A stretch of 64,000 nt of DNA from Defluviitaleaceae bacterium (GCA_009784575.1 WRBK01000005.1:37457-101456); one strand, 5' to 3'. Counted from the stretch's first letter, positions 38,101 to 47,975 are shown. Made by a program: numbers and translations. The notes: generated by a model from the letters alone, not told the origin.

Positions 38101-39018
38101 CTAAAATAGCGCGTTTTCGTTGTCGAATTTACGCACAAGCGCATTTGCACCCATAATGCATATAAAGCCTATTACATTTTGGAAAAGACCTGCCGCCGTT
38201 GCCATGCCCATAGCCCCCGCTATATTTGCCTGCATAACGCGGTATACATATGTGTCTATAACTTCTGTCACATTTTGTAAAGGTCCCATATTTTGCGGTA
38301 TATTCCAAAAAAGTCCGAAATCTGCGTTAAATATGCGCCCAACAGCAAGGATGAATAGAATTATTATCATTGGGCGTATGCTTGGTATAGTAATGGCCCA
38401 AACTTGCCGCCATTTTGATGCACCATCTATTGCGGCGGCTTCGTACATGCCATGGTCTATACTTGTTATGGCCGCCAGATATATTACAGTATTAAAACCC
38501 AGGCTCTTCCAAAGATGTGCCGAAGTAAGGATGGTAGGCCAGCCTGTAGGGTCAAAATACCAATCGCGCACATGAGATAGCATACCAAATGTAGGGTCTA
38601 AAAAAGCAAATACAAAGTAACCCGCCACAACCCAACTAATAAAAAATGGGTAGAACATCAGCGTTTGGTACAGCTTGGCGAAGAATTTGCTGCGTAGCTC
38701 GCTTAGGCATATAGCAACGGCTATGGCGAACACTGTTGTTAGCACTATAAACACCGCATTGTAAGCCAATGTATTGCGTATCATTATCCATGCGCGGTCG
38801 GTGGCAAAGATAAATCTAAAGTTATCAAAGCCTACAAAATTACTATTTAGAATATTGTTTAGCAATGTAGGATTTGGCGGATGAGGCCTATAGTCCTGAA
38901 AAGCAATAACAGCACCGCCCATGGGCAGATAACGTAAAAGCAAAAGCCATATAGCTCCAGGGAGCATCATCATGGTTATTGCCAATGTCTTTTTGTTTCG
39001 TGTTAAAAATAATCTCAT
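38101..39018 (-). CDS. carbohydrate ABC transporter permease (LplB-like)
   Basis: 305 aa with EAAAIDGASKWRQVWAITIP. Confidence 0.88.
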   Translation of the reverse strand: MRLFLTRNKKTLAITMMMLPGAIWLLLLRYLPMGGAVIAFQDYRPHPPNPTLLNNILNSNFVGFDNFRFIFATDRAWIMIRNTLAYNAVFIVLTTVFAIAVAICLSELRSKFFAKLYQTLMFYPFFISWVVAGYFVFAFLDPTFGMLSHVRDWYFDPTGWPTILTSAHLWKSLGFNTVIYLAAITSIDHGMYEAAAIDGASKWRQVWAITIPSIRPMIIILFILAVGRIFNADFGLFWNIPQNMGPLQNVTEVIDTYVYRVMQANIAGAMGMATAAGLFQNVIGFICIMGANALVRKFDNENALF

Positions 39019-39036
39019 AGAGACTTTACCTCCTTT

Positions 39037-40188
39037 CTATAATCCTAACTCGTTTTGCAGTATTGCATCCTTTGCAATCACAAAGCTACCAAATATACCC
39101 GCCGCTTCACGTAGCCCACTTTTTTGTATGGTGGGACGAAGAGGAAAATGCGACTGTTGCATTGTTTCCTCTATGCTTTTTAGCAAAGCTGAGCCAAGCC
39201 TTATATAATCGCCGCCAAAAATAACAGTGGGTATATCCATCATCACACAGCAATTGTATAATGCCTGCCCCAATACACGACCTACCTCCTTTAGGCCTTG
39301 ATTCACCAATTCATCATTTGCAAGCGATTTTTCTACTACATCTTCAAAGCTAAGATTACCCTTGCATCCATTTTTGACCATTATGTCATTTATATGGTCT
39401 AGCAAACCGCCCATACCAACTACTTCCTCTAGCCGCTTGCCATCATGTGTAAGGAAAAAGCCAAGCTCGCCTGCTGCACGGTTGTAGCCCTCAAATAGCT
39501 GACCATTATAAATTATACCAGAGCCAACACCATAGCCACAGCTCACGTATATCAGGTTTTGAATCTGCTTATCAAAACCCATGGTCATTTCACCAATAGC
39601 AGCTAGTGTTACATCGTTTTCTAGCATAACTGGGGTGTCAAACTCTGCTTGTAGGTACTCTTTTAGCCCTATATTTGTCCATGGGTGATGTATGGTTTCT
39701 GCATAAAAAACTTTATTATCATCACCTATGATACCTGGTTGAGAAATAGCTATGATGCCAAGCTTACTTATGGGTATTTCAAGCTCCCTCAACATTTCGT
39801 GAAAAGCCTCTGCTATAACACGCTTTTTTTCTTCGGCACACACCTCTCTGTCCACATCTATTTTGCGCAAACTAAGAAGATTGTATTTTAGGTCGCCTAT
39901 TGCACACACAGGTTGTTTAAGAGAGAGTTCCAAAGATGCTATATAGCGGTATGTTTTGTTAAAACAAAGCATTGTAGGCTTTCTGCCGCCATTTTTGGTA
40001 GATTCCCCTTCGCCTTTTTCCTCTACAATGCCCATAGATATAAGGTCTGCAACATTTCTGGATACAGAAGGTTTTGAAAGGTTTAGCAAGGTAGCCAGAG
40101 CTGTTTTGTATATACCGTCGTTTTCATATATAGCCTCTAACAATGATTTTTGATTTATTATTCTTATAGTGGAGCTATCAGCTTTCAT
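39037..40188 (-). CDS. ROK family transcriptional regulator
   Basis: 383 aa with an N-terminal winged HTH (LATLLNLSKPSVSRNVADLISMGIVEE) and a ROK sugar-kinase-like domain. Confidence 0.85.
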   Translation of the reverse strand: MKADSSTIRIINQKSLLEAIYENDGIYKTALATLLNLSKPSVSRNVADLISMGIVEEKGEGESTKNGGRKPTMLCFNKTYRYIASLELSLKQPVCAIGDLKYNLLSLRKIDVDREVCAEEKKRVIAEAFHEMLRELEIPISKLGIIAISQPGIIGDDNKVFYAETIHHPWTNIGLKEYLQAEFDTPVMLENDVTLAAIGEMTMGFDKQIQNLIYVSCGYGVGSGIIYNGQLFEGYNRAAGELGFFLTHDGKRLEEVVGMGGLLDHINDIMVKNGCKGNLSFEDVVEKSLANDELVNQGLKEVGRVLGQALYNCCVMMDIPTVIFGGDYIRLGSALLKSIEETMQQSHFPLRPTIQKSGLREAAGIFGSFVIAKDAILQNELGL

Positions 40189-40192
40189 AGGT

Positions 40193-41170
40193 TCATCCTC
40201 GATTATTGTATATGGTTTTTAGCAATATGCTATCTTGTGTGTCATGATGATATTCCCAAAACATAATGCCTGCTAGACCTGTAGACTTTGCATAGTTCAT
40301 TTTTGCTGTTAATGTTTGCGGGCTTTCAAATGTTATGAATGTTCTGTCTTCCGTATTGTAAGCATATATCGCCTCGGCTTTTTTGTCATAAGATGTGCCG
40401 CCTGCGGCTTTTGCTATTCCCGCACTATCATCATAGCCCTCTGTAAATTCAGGCACGCCACCTTTAGCGTTCAGACCATCTACATTTTTGTATATGCGAC
40501 CATAAAACGCTGCACCTATCACTAATTTATTTCTTGGTACACCAGCTTTTTCGTATATATCTATAACATCAGCACCAGCTATGTTTTTTGTGATATTGGA
40601 TGGATACAGGCTAGGGTGATAGCTAACATAATCCCAAGGGCATAGGTCGTATGTCATAATGTTTATATAGTCCATTAACTTAATAAGCTTAGGCATCTGC
40701 AAGTTGTCGGCACATTGCTGCGAACCACCCGCCGCCATTGTTATTAATTTATCACCCCCTAGTTTTTCGCGCAATAACTGAATGAATAACGTATAATTTG
40801 GTTTATCCTCTGAAGATGCTTCTATCCCTGCTATATCGTCACAAGGATATTCCCAGTCCATATCTATGCCATCGAAACCAAAGTCATGTACAATATCCAC
40901 CAAAGACTGTGCAAACATCTCACGACTTTCGACAGTGGCAACAGCGGGAGAAAAGCCACCTGCCGCCCAGCCGCCTACAGCTAGCATGGCTTTTATGCTG
41001 CCCTTATTTTTAATAAAATTGCGTACAGCACTCTGGTTTTTCCAATGCACTACACTGCCCTTGCCGTCCACAACTAAGGCGAAAGCAAAGTTTGCATGTG
41101 TGAGCCTCTCCATATCGCCTGCACGCAGATTGCTAAATTTTTCTTCTGCTATGTATGCTACTATTATCAT
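40193..41170 (-). CDS. glycoside hydrolase family 18 protein (chitinase/endo-beta-N-acetylglucosaminidase-like), with no signal peptide
   Basis: 325 aa with catalytic DxxDxDxE motif FDGIDMDWEYP. The N-terminus MIIVAYIAEEKF is not a signal peptide. Confidence 0.85.
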   Translation of the reverse strand: MIIVAYIAEEKFSNLRAGDMERLTHANFAFALVVDGKGSVVHWKNQSAVRNFIKNKGSIKAMLAVGGWAAGGFSPAVATVESREMFAQSLVDIVHDFGFDGIDMDWEYPCDDIAGIEASSEDKPNYTLFIQLLREKLGGDKLITMAAGGSQQCADNLQMPKLIKLMDYINIMTYDLCPWDYVSYHPSLYPSNITKNIAGADVIDIYEKAGVPRNKLVIGAAFYGRIYKNVDGLNAKGGVPEFTEGYDDSAGIAKAAGGTSYDKKAEAIYAYNTEDRTFITFESPQTLTAKMNYAKSTGLAGIMFWEYHHDTQDSILLKTIYNNRG

Positions 41171-41229
41171 AAGAAACCTCGCGCAATTAAGGTTAGTTAA
41201 TTAATGTTATTAACTATAATATCATGAAG

Positions 41230-41278
41230 AAACTATAATGTCAAGAAAAAAATAAAAAAACTCTTGACATTATAGTTT
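41230..41278. promoter_or_regulatory. mirror-symmetric divergent promoter/operator region
   Basis: AAACTATAATGTCAAGA-(15 nt A-rich)-TCTTGACATTATAGTTT, perfect 17-bp arms, each carrying TTGACA. -10 candidates are TATTAT (minus strand, 17-nt spacer) and TGaTATATT (plus strand). Confidence 0.6.
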
Positions 41279-41346
41279 AATCTATGATATATTTTGTATA
41301 GAATGATTCGTATTATTTAATTTGGTCGAAAGGGAAAGGTTAAAAT

Positions 41347-41970
41347 ATGGAAAATTTCTTCAAAATACGGGCAGAAAAGCAAGAACATATAATAGCCGCC
41401 GCTTTTGCTGTTTTTGGGAGGCAGGGCTACAAAAAAGCTAGTGTAGCAGATATAGCAGCAACGGCAGGCATTGCTAAAGGCATGGTGACATACTATTTTG
41501 GTAGCAAAAAGAATCTATATCTATATTTGGCAGAGTTAGGGCAAAAAACAATTTTGCAAAAAGTTGAGCAATATTTCGATGTAGAGCTAACAGATTTTTT
41601 TGATAAAATACGTATGGGCATAGAGATAAAGGTGGCAGCTATGCGGGAATATCCCGCCCTTATGCAGTTTCTGGTTAGCATGATGAGTGAGAAGGATAAA
41701 GATGTGGAAGACGACATAAGAGGGCTTGTGGACGAGGCATCTGCTATAGGTAACCGTATATTAATGAAGGAAACAGATTTAGCAAAATTTAGAGATGAGA
41801 TAGACCCGCATTTGATTGCAAAGTTTATAAACTGGGCAGGCAATGGCTTGGTGGCAGAGTTGCAAATGCTAAATGATATAGAAAAATACGACGAGGTCGC
41901 ACAAGAGTTTTACGAATTGCTAGATATGATGAAAGCAACTTTATATAAGGAGGGCGCAACACATGCTTAA
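41347..41970 (+). CDS. TetR/AcrR family transcriptional regulator
   Basis: 207 aa with IIAAAFAVFGRQGYKKASVADIAATAGIAKGMVTYYFGSKKNLY. Confidence 0.9.
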   Translation: MENFFKIRAEKQEHIIAAAFAVFGRQGYKKASVADIAATAGIAKGMVTYYFGSKKNLYLYLAELGQKTILQKVEQYFDVELTDFFDKIRMGIEIKVAAMREYPALMQFLVSMMSEKDKDVEDDIRGLVDEASAIGNRILMKETDLAKFRDEIDPHLIAKFINWAGNGLVAELQMLNDIEKYDEVAQEFYELLDMMKATLYKEGATHA

Positions 41971-42847
41971 TCTTGAGGTGAACAATGTAACAAAACATTT
42001 TGGTAAAACCAAAGCACTGAGGGGCGTAAACCTTCGTGTGAATGAAGGCGAGGTTTTTGCTTACATAGGACCAAATGGCGCAGGCAAATCTACTACAATA
42101 CGCATAATGCTGGGCATTCTGCAAGCTACATCTGGCGAAACAAAGGTTTTTGGGAAAGATGCTTGGCGCGATAGCGTAGAGATACACAAGCGCATAGCCT
42201 ATGTACCTGGGGATGTTAATTTATGGTCAAACCTAACAGGCGGAGAGGTGATTGACCTTTTCATTAGTCTGCGCGGCAAAGCGGATAAAGCGAGGCGTGA
42301 TAAGCTGATAGATGCCTTTAGCCTAGACCCTACCAAAAAATGCCGCACATACTCCAAAGGTAATCGCCAAAAAGTCGCGCTGATAGCAGCATTTGCTTCC
42401 GAAGCTGACCTTTATATATTAGATGAGCCAACAAGCGGACTAGACCCACTAATGGAGCAGGTTTTTCAAGAATGTGTGCTGGAACAAAAGGCGAAAGGTA
42501 AAGGGGTTTTTCTCTCCAGCCACATTTTAAGTGAAGTTGAGAGATTATGCGACCGCGTAGGCATTATCCGAGAGGGTGAAGTGGTAGAAGCGGGCACCTT
42601 GGCAGAGCTACGCCATCTTACACGCTACAAGATAAGTGCAAAAACAGAAAGAACTATAGAGGGCATAGATAAAATGGAAGGTATTTTTGACATCACTCGC
42701 GATGAAGGCGGCTTGATTTTTGATGTGGAAAGAGCAAATATGGGCGAAGTAATAGCACATATAAGTAGCTTTGGTATTATCAGCCTAGAAAGCGCGCCAC
42801 CAACATTAGAAGACCTCTTTATGAAGCATTACGAGAAGGAGGTATAG
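41963..42847 (+). CDS. ABC transporter ATP-binding protein
   Basis: GPNGAGKST, YSKGNRQKV, LYILDEPTSGLD. Overlaps the TetR gene by 8 nt. Confidence 0.92.
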   Translation: MLNLEVNNVTKHFGKTKALRGVNLRVNEGEVFAYIGPNGAGKSTTIRIMLGILQATSGETKVFGKDAWRDSVEIHKRIAYVPGDVNLWSNLTGGEVIDLFISLRGKADKARRDKLIDAFSLDPTKKCRTYSKGNRQKVALIAAFASEADLYILDEPTSGLDPLMEQVFQECVLEQKAKGKGVFLSSHILSEVERLCDRVGIIREGEVVEAGTLAELRHLTRYKISAKTERTIEGIDKMEGIFDITRDEGGLIFDVERANMGEVIAHISSFGIISLESAPPTLEDLFMKHYEKEV

Positions 42848-42849
42848 GC

Positions 42850-44457
42850 ATGGGAAATTTTGATAACACAATCCGCATTGCATTTTTCATATTACGGCGC
42901 GAGCGAGTTATTTCTGCTATGTGGATAATTTTGCTAGTGGCTATAGTGGCGGGACTTGCCGCCCCTATGGGCGATGTAATAGAGCCAGCAGCACGAATGT
43001 CATTGGGCATAACAATGGAAAACCCTGCAATGGTAGGAATGATGGGACCTGTATATGGCGCGTGCAATTACACATTAGGAGCTATGTATTCCAATACGAT
43101 GCTACTGTTTTCTGCTATGGCGGTTGCTATTATGAATATCTTTCTTGTAGTACGTCATACCCGCGCAGATGAAGAGTTAGGGCGATATGAGGTATTGCGA
43201 AGCTTGCCAGTCGGGCGCATGTCTAATCTTGGCGCAACAATGATATTTGCCACTGACTTAAACATATTGATTTCTGTTCTTGTTGGGCTTGGACTCTATG
43301 CTTTTGGCGACTATTCCATGGGGCTTAATGGCTCTATGCTTTATGGTGCGGCTATGGGCGTTACAGGGCTTGTATTTGCGGCTATTACCGCACTTTTTGC
43401 TCAACTTTTCCCTACTTCGCGCGCCGCGACTAGCTATGCTTTTATGGCAATGGGTATCTTTTATATTATGCGTGCGGCAGGCGACCTCAATGCCGAAATT
43501 CTTTCGTTAATAAGTCCGCTAGGATTAGTTTTGCGCACACAAGTTTATGTGAATGATTACTGGTGGCCAATATTTGTGCTGATGGCTATCTCGGTTGTTA
43601 TCACCCTTGTTGCCTTTAAGCTAAATTCATTGCGAGACATTGACCAAGGCTTTATACCGCAACGGTCAGGGCGGGCAGAGGCTAAAAGGAGCTTACTTTC
43701 GCCTTTTGGGCTGGCAAAGCGTTTGTTAATGGGTGGTGTTGCTACTTGGGTTATCGTTATGTTTCTGCTTGGGGCATCTTATGGTAGTATTTTAGGCGAT
43801 ATTGACGATTTTGTAGCCAATAACGAATTTTATCAAATGCTTCTTGGCAATGCAGATGATTTCTCTTTCACTGTGCTTTTCGCCGCCATGCAAAATGCCA
43901 TGATGGCACTTATTGCGATTGTGCCGCTTATTATAATTGTGTTACGTGCTAGGGGTGAGGAAAAGGAAGGACGCACAGAAGCTGTGCTAGCATCGGCTGT
44001 AAAACGTAGCACCTATCTCGCATGTTTCGTAGGCATGACTTTCGTGGCTAGCGTGATAATGCAATTAGCCAACACCATTGGATTGTACCTTGCAGCAATA
44101 GCTGTTTTGCCAGACCCCAGTGAGCTACCACTTGATATGTTGTTACAAGCAAATCTGGTGTATCTACCTGCATTGTGGGTGATGATAGGTATTGCTACAT
44201 TGTTACTGGGGGCTTCGCCAAAAGCAATATCGGCAATTTGGGGTTATTTCGGTTTTGCTTTTCTTATGGTATTTATTGGTAGGTTGCCAGATATTCTTCC
44301 TGCATGGGTTGGGCATCTAACGCCATTTCATTATATCCCAGAACTACCCATGGATGATATGAACTGGCTTTCCATGGCTATCCTTACAACCATTGCTATT
44401 TGCTTGACGGCGGCAGGGTTTTTCTTCTATAATCGCCGTGATATAAAGCCTAATTAA
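42850..44457 (+). CDS. ABC exporter permease (12-TM ABC-2-like)
   Basis: 535 aa, many TMs, 2 nt after the ATPase gene stop. Confidence 0.75.
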   Translation: MGNFDNTIRIAFFILRRERVISAMWIILLVAIVAGLAAPMGDVIEPAARMSLGITMENPAMVGMMGPVYGACNYTLGAMYSNTMLLFSAMAVAIMNIFLVVRHTRADEELGRYEVLRSLPVGRMSNLGATMIFATDLNILISVLVGLGLYAFGDYSMGLNGSMLYGAAMGVTGLVFAAITALFAQLFPTSRAATSYAFMAMGIFYIMRAAGDLNAEILSLISPLGLVLRTQVYVNDYWWPIFVLMAISVVITLVAFKLNSLRDIDQGFIPQRSGRAEAKRSLLSPFGLAKRLLMGGVATWVIVMFLLGASYGSILGDIDDFVANNEFYQMLLGNADDFSFTVLFAAMQNAMMALIAIVPLIIIVLRARGEEKEGRTEAVLASAVKRSTYLACFVGMTFVASVIMQLANTIGLYLAAIAVLPDPSELPLDMLLQANLVYLPALWVMIGIATLLLGASPKAISAIWGYFGFAFLMVFIGRLPDILPAWVGHLTPFHYIPELPMDDMNWLSMAILTTIAICLTAAGFFFYNRRDIKPN

Positions 44458-44460
44458 ATA

Positions 44461-44488
44461 CAAAGGCAGTCCGCTCGGACTGCCTTTG
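44461..44488. terminator. GC-rich hairpin between convergent genes
   Basis: CAAAGGCAGTCCG-ct-CGGACTGCCTTTG, a perfect stem with no long U tract. Confidence 0.55.
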
Positions 44489-44492
44489 CGCA

Positions 44493-46604
44493 TTATTCAA
44501 ATGACATCACTTCATCTTCGACATTGCCATCTTCTCTTGTCTCTGGTTCTTTATCTTCGGTATCTGGCTCTATGTCCTCCTCGCTATCCCCTTCCTCTTC
44601 ATCATCACGACCACCTTGATTGTTGCCACCAGGCTGAACAATAATGGGAGCGGTCTCTTTTACATCAAAATCAACAGCAAATCCAAATCCCCCTAGGATT
44701 AACGAATTGTTTGCTGCCTCGACATATATATTGCCAACGGGTATAATATATTCTCCAGCCATGCTTACCAAATAAATAGTGTTGGTGCCGAGATGGCTAT
44801 TTATTGGCACTACAAATGATTGATTAGTTGGATTTGCTAAACTCGATAACATCACCTGCCTTGCTTGTTCAAAAATCACGGTGATAGCAAACCAATGGTC
44901 AAAACTGGGTATTTCAACAGAGCTTACGAGGATAGCGTAGTTTGTGTCATTTGGGAAGTTGATAATGCTAGCACTTTCGCCTGCAATTACTATAGAGCTA
45001 ATCAACACAGGGTCGTTATTTGGTTGCGTTATTGATGACGGAACATATTCGGGTATTGTGTACACTGGGGCGGTATATAGCATGTAATAATCAAGGTCGC
45101 CCCTCATCTCTACCGTTAGCCTATAGTTACTAACATCGCTAGGTTGCCATAATTTCTCGTCCAGTGTGTCCAATGTCAATACATAATACCCTCCGCTATG
45201 ACTATATGGACTAACATTAATTACAGATACATGGTCGCTAATATTTGGAATTGTAGGATTGCTGCCAAAATGAACGCGGAAATTATCGGTGGTCAATGTT
45301 CCAAGATAATGCGTTTCAACATACACATGGTCAAAACTTCCCTGAATATCCCGCAAAACAAATCTCTGGGCTAACACTTTGCTTGTAGCATTGAATTTTA
45401 AGGTAAGCACCACATTATTGCGCGTTTCCGTTAGGATTGTGCGGTCGTAACCTCCGCCGTCCGCCAAAGATATATGTATATTTGAACTTATGCCATCTAC
45501 AAAAAATCTGTTGCTGGTCGATATCAGTGTTATTCTGGCTATATATGTGGTATTTGGCACAAATTCATTGCCAGTAAATTCATTATCATGCTCATCAAAC
45601 CATGTTATTATCCCTACAAATCCATCACCAGATATGCTTCTTTGCACAGATGCTGTTAGGCTAGGAGGTGTTATATTTATATTTATGATGCTTACAGGGT
45701 CTCCGACTGGTGGCGTGAACCCGCCATCAGGAAAACCTGGTCCAGATGAGGGCTGTGGACTTGGCGGCGGCGTAAGTATCGGCACTTGAGGGGTTTGTGT
45801 TGGGCGCGGTGTTGTCTGTGGCAATTGGGCTGGCGCAAAGGAAAAGCTAGGCCAATTCAAATTTGAAAATATATTCCAAAGCCCCTCAAGCAAACTAAGC
45901 TCGAAGCGGGAGAAATATTGATGAAGAAGGGCATCTATGGCGGCAGTTAGCTCCTCGACCAAACCCTGTGTTTGGTTTAACGGGTCAAAAATCTCTGCCA
46001 TTATACCTATAGGGGTAACAGTGTAACTAATATCGCCTGAGCCAACCAAAACAATATTTCCCACGGCATAAAGTCCTACTATGTTTCCTTGCAGATAGAT
46101 TAGTCCTTCGTGAATATTGCTGTCTATCCTACCAAAATCACCTAATAAATGCACGCCAGTAGTATTGATAACGACATTTTGTAAATGTGCATCTTCTGCG
46201 GCAAGCGCGAGCAATGTGGTGTTTGCCCTGCCCGTGCCATCAAACACAATGGCAGATATATTGCTGTTGTTCAGCGTAAGGTCTACAAATCCGCTTGCAT
46301 CTTTAATTATAATGTTGCCTTCTATGTGTACATTATTGAAGAGTATACGCCCATCATAATCTGCATCTATAATAATATTGCCATTCCCTGCAATATTTGT
46401 TACCAAGATATCAAAATCTGGGTTTGCGGCACGAATAATAATATCATTTTGAAGATAAACTCCCGATAAACCTGTGAGGTCATCGACCTCGACTATTGCC
46501 GCTTCGTCGTTTTCATAACCGAAAAGATTTGTGGTTCCAAAAGAGACCAAAATCAAAACCAAGCATAAAATCATACAGCGCGCAATTATTCTTTTTTTGT
46601 TCAC
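44493..46604 (-). CDS. secreted protein with a beta-helix-like N-terminal region, a Pro-rich linker, Ig-like modules and an acidic C-terminal tail
   Basis: 703 aa. GTG start after GGAGGG. Signal peptide MNKKRIIARCMILCLVLILVSFG. NxxI/V-rich repeats, linker PQTTPRPTQTPQVPILTPPPSPQPSSGPG, and tail GRDDEEEGDSEEDIEPDTEDKEPETREDGNVEDE. No sortase or choline-binding motif seen. Confidence 0.7.
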   Translation of the reverse strand: MNKKRIIARCMILCLVLILVSFGTTNLFGYENDEAAIVEVDDLTGLSGVYLQNDIIIRAANPDFDILVTNIAGNGNIIIDADYDGRILFNNVHIEGNIIIKDASGFVDLTLNNSNISAIVFDGTGRANTTLLALAAEDAHLQNVVINTTGVHLLGDFGRIDSNIHEGLIYLQGNIVGLYAVGNIVLVGSGDISYTVTPIGIMAEIFDPLNQTQGLVEELTAAIDALLHQYFSRFELSLLEGLWNIFSNLNWPSFSFAPAQLPQTTPRPTQTPQVPILTPPPSPQPSSGPGFPDGGFTPPVGDPVSIININITPPSLTASVQRSISGDGFVGIITWFDEHDNEFTGNEFVPNTTYIARITLISTSNRFFVDGISSNIHISLADGGGYDRTILTETRNNVVLTLKFNATSKVLAQRFVLRDIQGSFDHVYVETHYLGTLTTDNFRVHFGSNPTIPNISDHVSVINVSPYSHSGGYYVLTLDTLDEKLWQPSDVSNYRLTVEMRGDLDYYMLYTAPVYTIPEYVPSSITQPNNDPVLISSIVIAGESASIINFPNDTNYAILVSSVEIPSFDHWFAITVIFEQARQVMLSSLANPTNQSFVVPINSHLGTNTIYLVSMAGEYIIPVGNIYVEAANNSLILGGFGFAVDFDVKETAPIIVQPGGNNQGGRDDEEEGDSEEDIEPDTEDKEPETREDGNVEDEVMSFE

Positions 46605-47031
46605 TATCTATCCCTCCATAGATGTTTCCATGCCATCTTTTGTCAAATAATGTCTTGATATAAATAGGATTGTATCAGGGATTAAGAATTAGGGTCAATG
46701 CCTATTTTATTAATAACAAATAGTGTTATTTGTAATTGTCTAAATGCGGAGGAGTGGTGGTAAACATCTGCTCTACCGATGCAAAACATAAAACTTTTGA
46801 ACAATATAATTGCTAGAAATATATCCAAAGTGATATGCGCGGTCGCAACCTTGACCGATATTTTCGTTTGATTTACATATTTGTTACAAATAACTATATT
46901 TTTCGCTCCTATTTCGACATATGTGAAGAGCTTAGAATGTAAATAAACCGTTTTTCGGCGATGAACAAGCCTTGATGCTACAGCTTTGTCGTGATATATG
47001 GAAAAAAATTTGAGAAAATTTACAAAAAGGG

Positions 47032-47060
47032 GTTGACATTTTGTTACGGAGTTGTTACAA
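47032..47060 (+). promoter_or_regulatory. sigma-A promoter for the SH3b protein gene
   Basis: TTGACA, a 17-nt spacer, then TACAAT. Confidence 0.6.
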
Positions 47061-47132
47061 TATATTTAATAAAGCGATGTAACGTCGTAATAAATTATCA
47101 AAAATTACATATTTTCACGAAAGAGGGATATT

Positions 47133-47975
47133 ATGCCACGCCTTACTAAAGATTTAAGAAGCAAATCACGTATTTATACAAAACTTGCGGCGACCTTTTT
47201 AGCTGTAATAATTACGGTAGGTTTTTCTTCTACTGTATATGCCTCAAGCCTTGATATAGACTTTATACCTGGCGCAGAATATGTAACCACTGCCAATCTC
47301 AACCTTCGTACTGGTCCAAGCACCGACCATGACCGCGTAACATTAATACCTAGCGGCGGCGTAGTGTTTGTGCTAAATTATGTGCCAGACATAGATGACG
47401 AATATACATTCTCGCGCGTTATGTTTGGAGAAGTGACAGGTTATGTAGCTACAAGATACATAGAACCAAGACCATTCACACCATTTAGCGAAACAGCACC
47501 TGTGATGCCCGTGGCAACACAAACAACAGGCAATGCAACACCTTCTGCTCCCCCTACCATTAATGGTGATATTCATAAAATGTCATGGTGGACAATGCGC
47601 GATACTGGTGTGATACCAATAGGAACAACCATACAGATTTATGATATTCGCACAGGACTTACATACTATGTTAGAAATTTCTCTAACGGCAACCATGCAG
47701 ACGTAGAAACTTTGACTCAACATGACACAAATGTTATGCGCCAAACAAGCGGCGGAGTGTACTCTTGGGATGCACGCCCTGTGCTAGCTACCTTTAATGG
47801 CCAGACACATGCGGCGGCAATACATACCATGCCACATGCGGGTTCTACCATAACCGACAATGGCATGAATGGTCATATATGCCTACATTTCTTTGAATCT
47901 ACGCCACATAACGGCAACCAAAGCTGGAGAGCAGAGATGCAAGCTGCTGTTATGCAATCATTTAACTTTAGATAA
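47133..47975 (+). CDS. membrane-anchored/secreted SH3b-domain protein with an unassigned C-terminal domain
   Basis: 280 aa with an N-terminal TM and an SH3_3-like segment ANLNLRTGPSTDHDRVTLIPSGGVVFVLNY...VTGYVATRYIEP. The C-terminal about 140 aa carry conserved-looking His residues (NGNHADVE, GHICLHF). Confidence 0.7.
   Translation: MPRLTKDLRSKSRIYTKLAATFLAVIITVGFSSTVYASSLDIDFIPGAEYVTTANLNLRTGPSTDHDRVTLIPSGGVVFVLNYVPDIDDEYTFSRVMFGEVTGYVATRYIEPRPFTPFSETAPVMPVATQTTGNATPSAPPTINGDIHKMSWWTMRDTGVIPIGTTIQIYDIRTGLTYYVRNFSNGNHADVETLTQHDTNVMRQTSGGVYSWDARPVLATFNGQTHAAAIHTMPHAGSTITDNGMNGHICLHFFESTPHNGNQSWRAEMQAAVMQSFNFR

Noticed and set aside
46725-46894. Possible invertible promoter (inverton) upstream of the surface protein gene: GTTATTTGTAA (46725-46735) versus TTACAAATAAC (46884-46894).
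   Set aside because: It is only an 11-bp match in very AT-rich DNA, it does not extend, no site-specific recombinase is nearby, and the identified promoter (47032-47060) lies outside the repeats.
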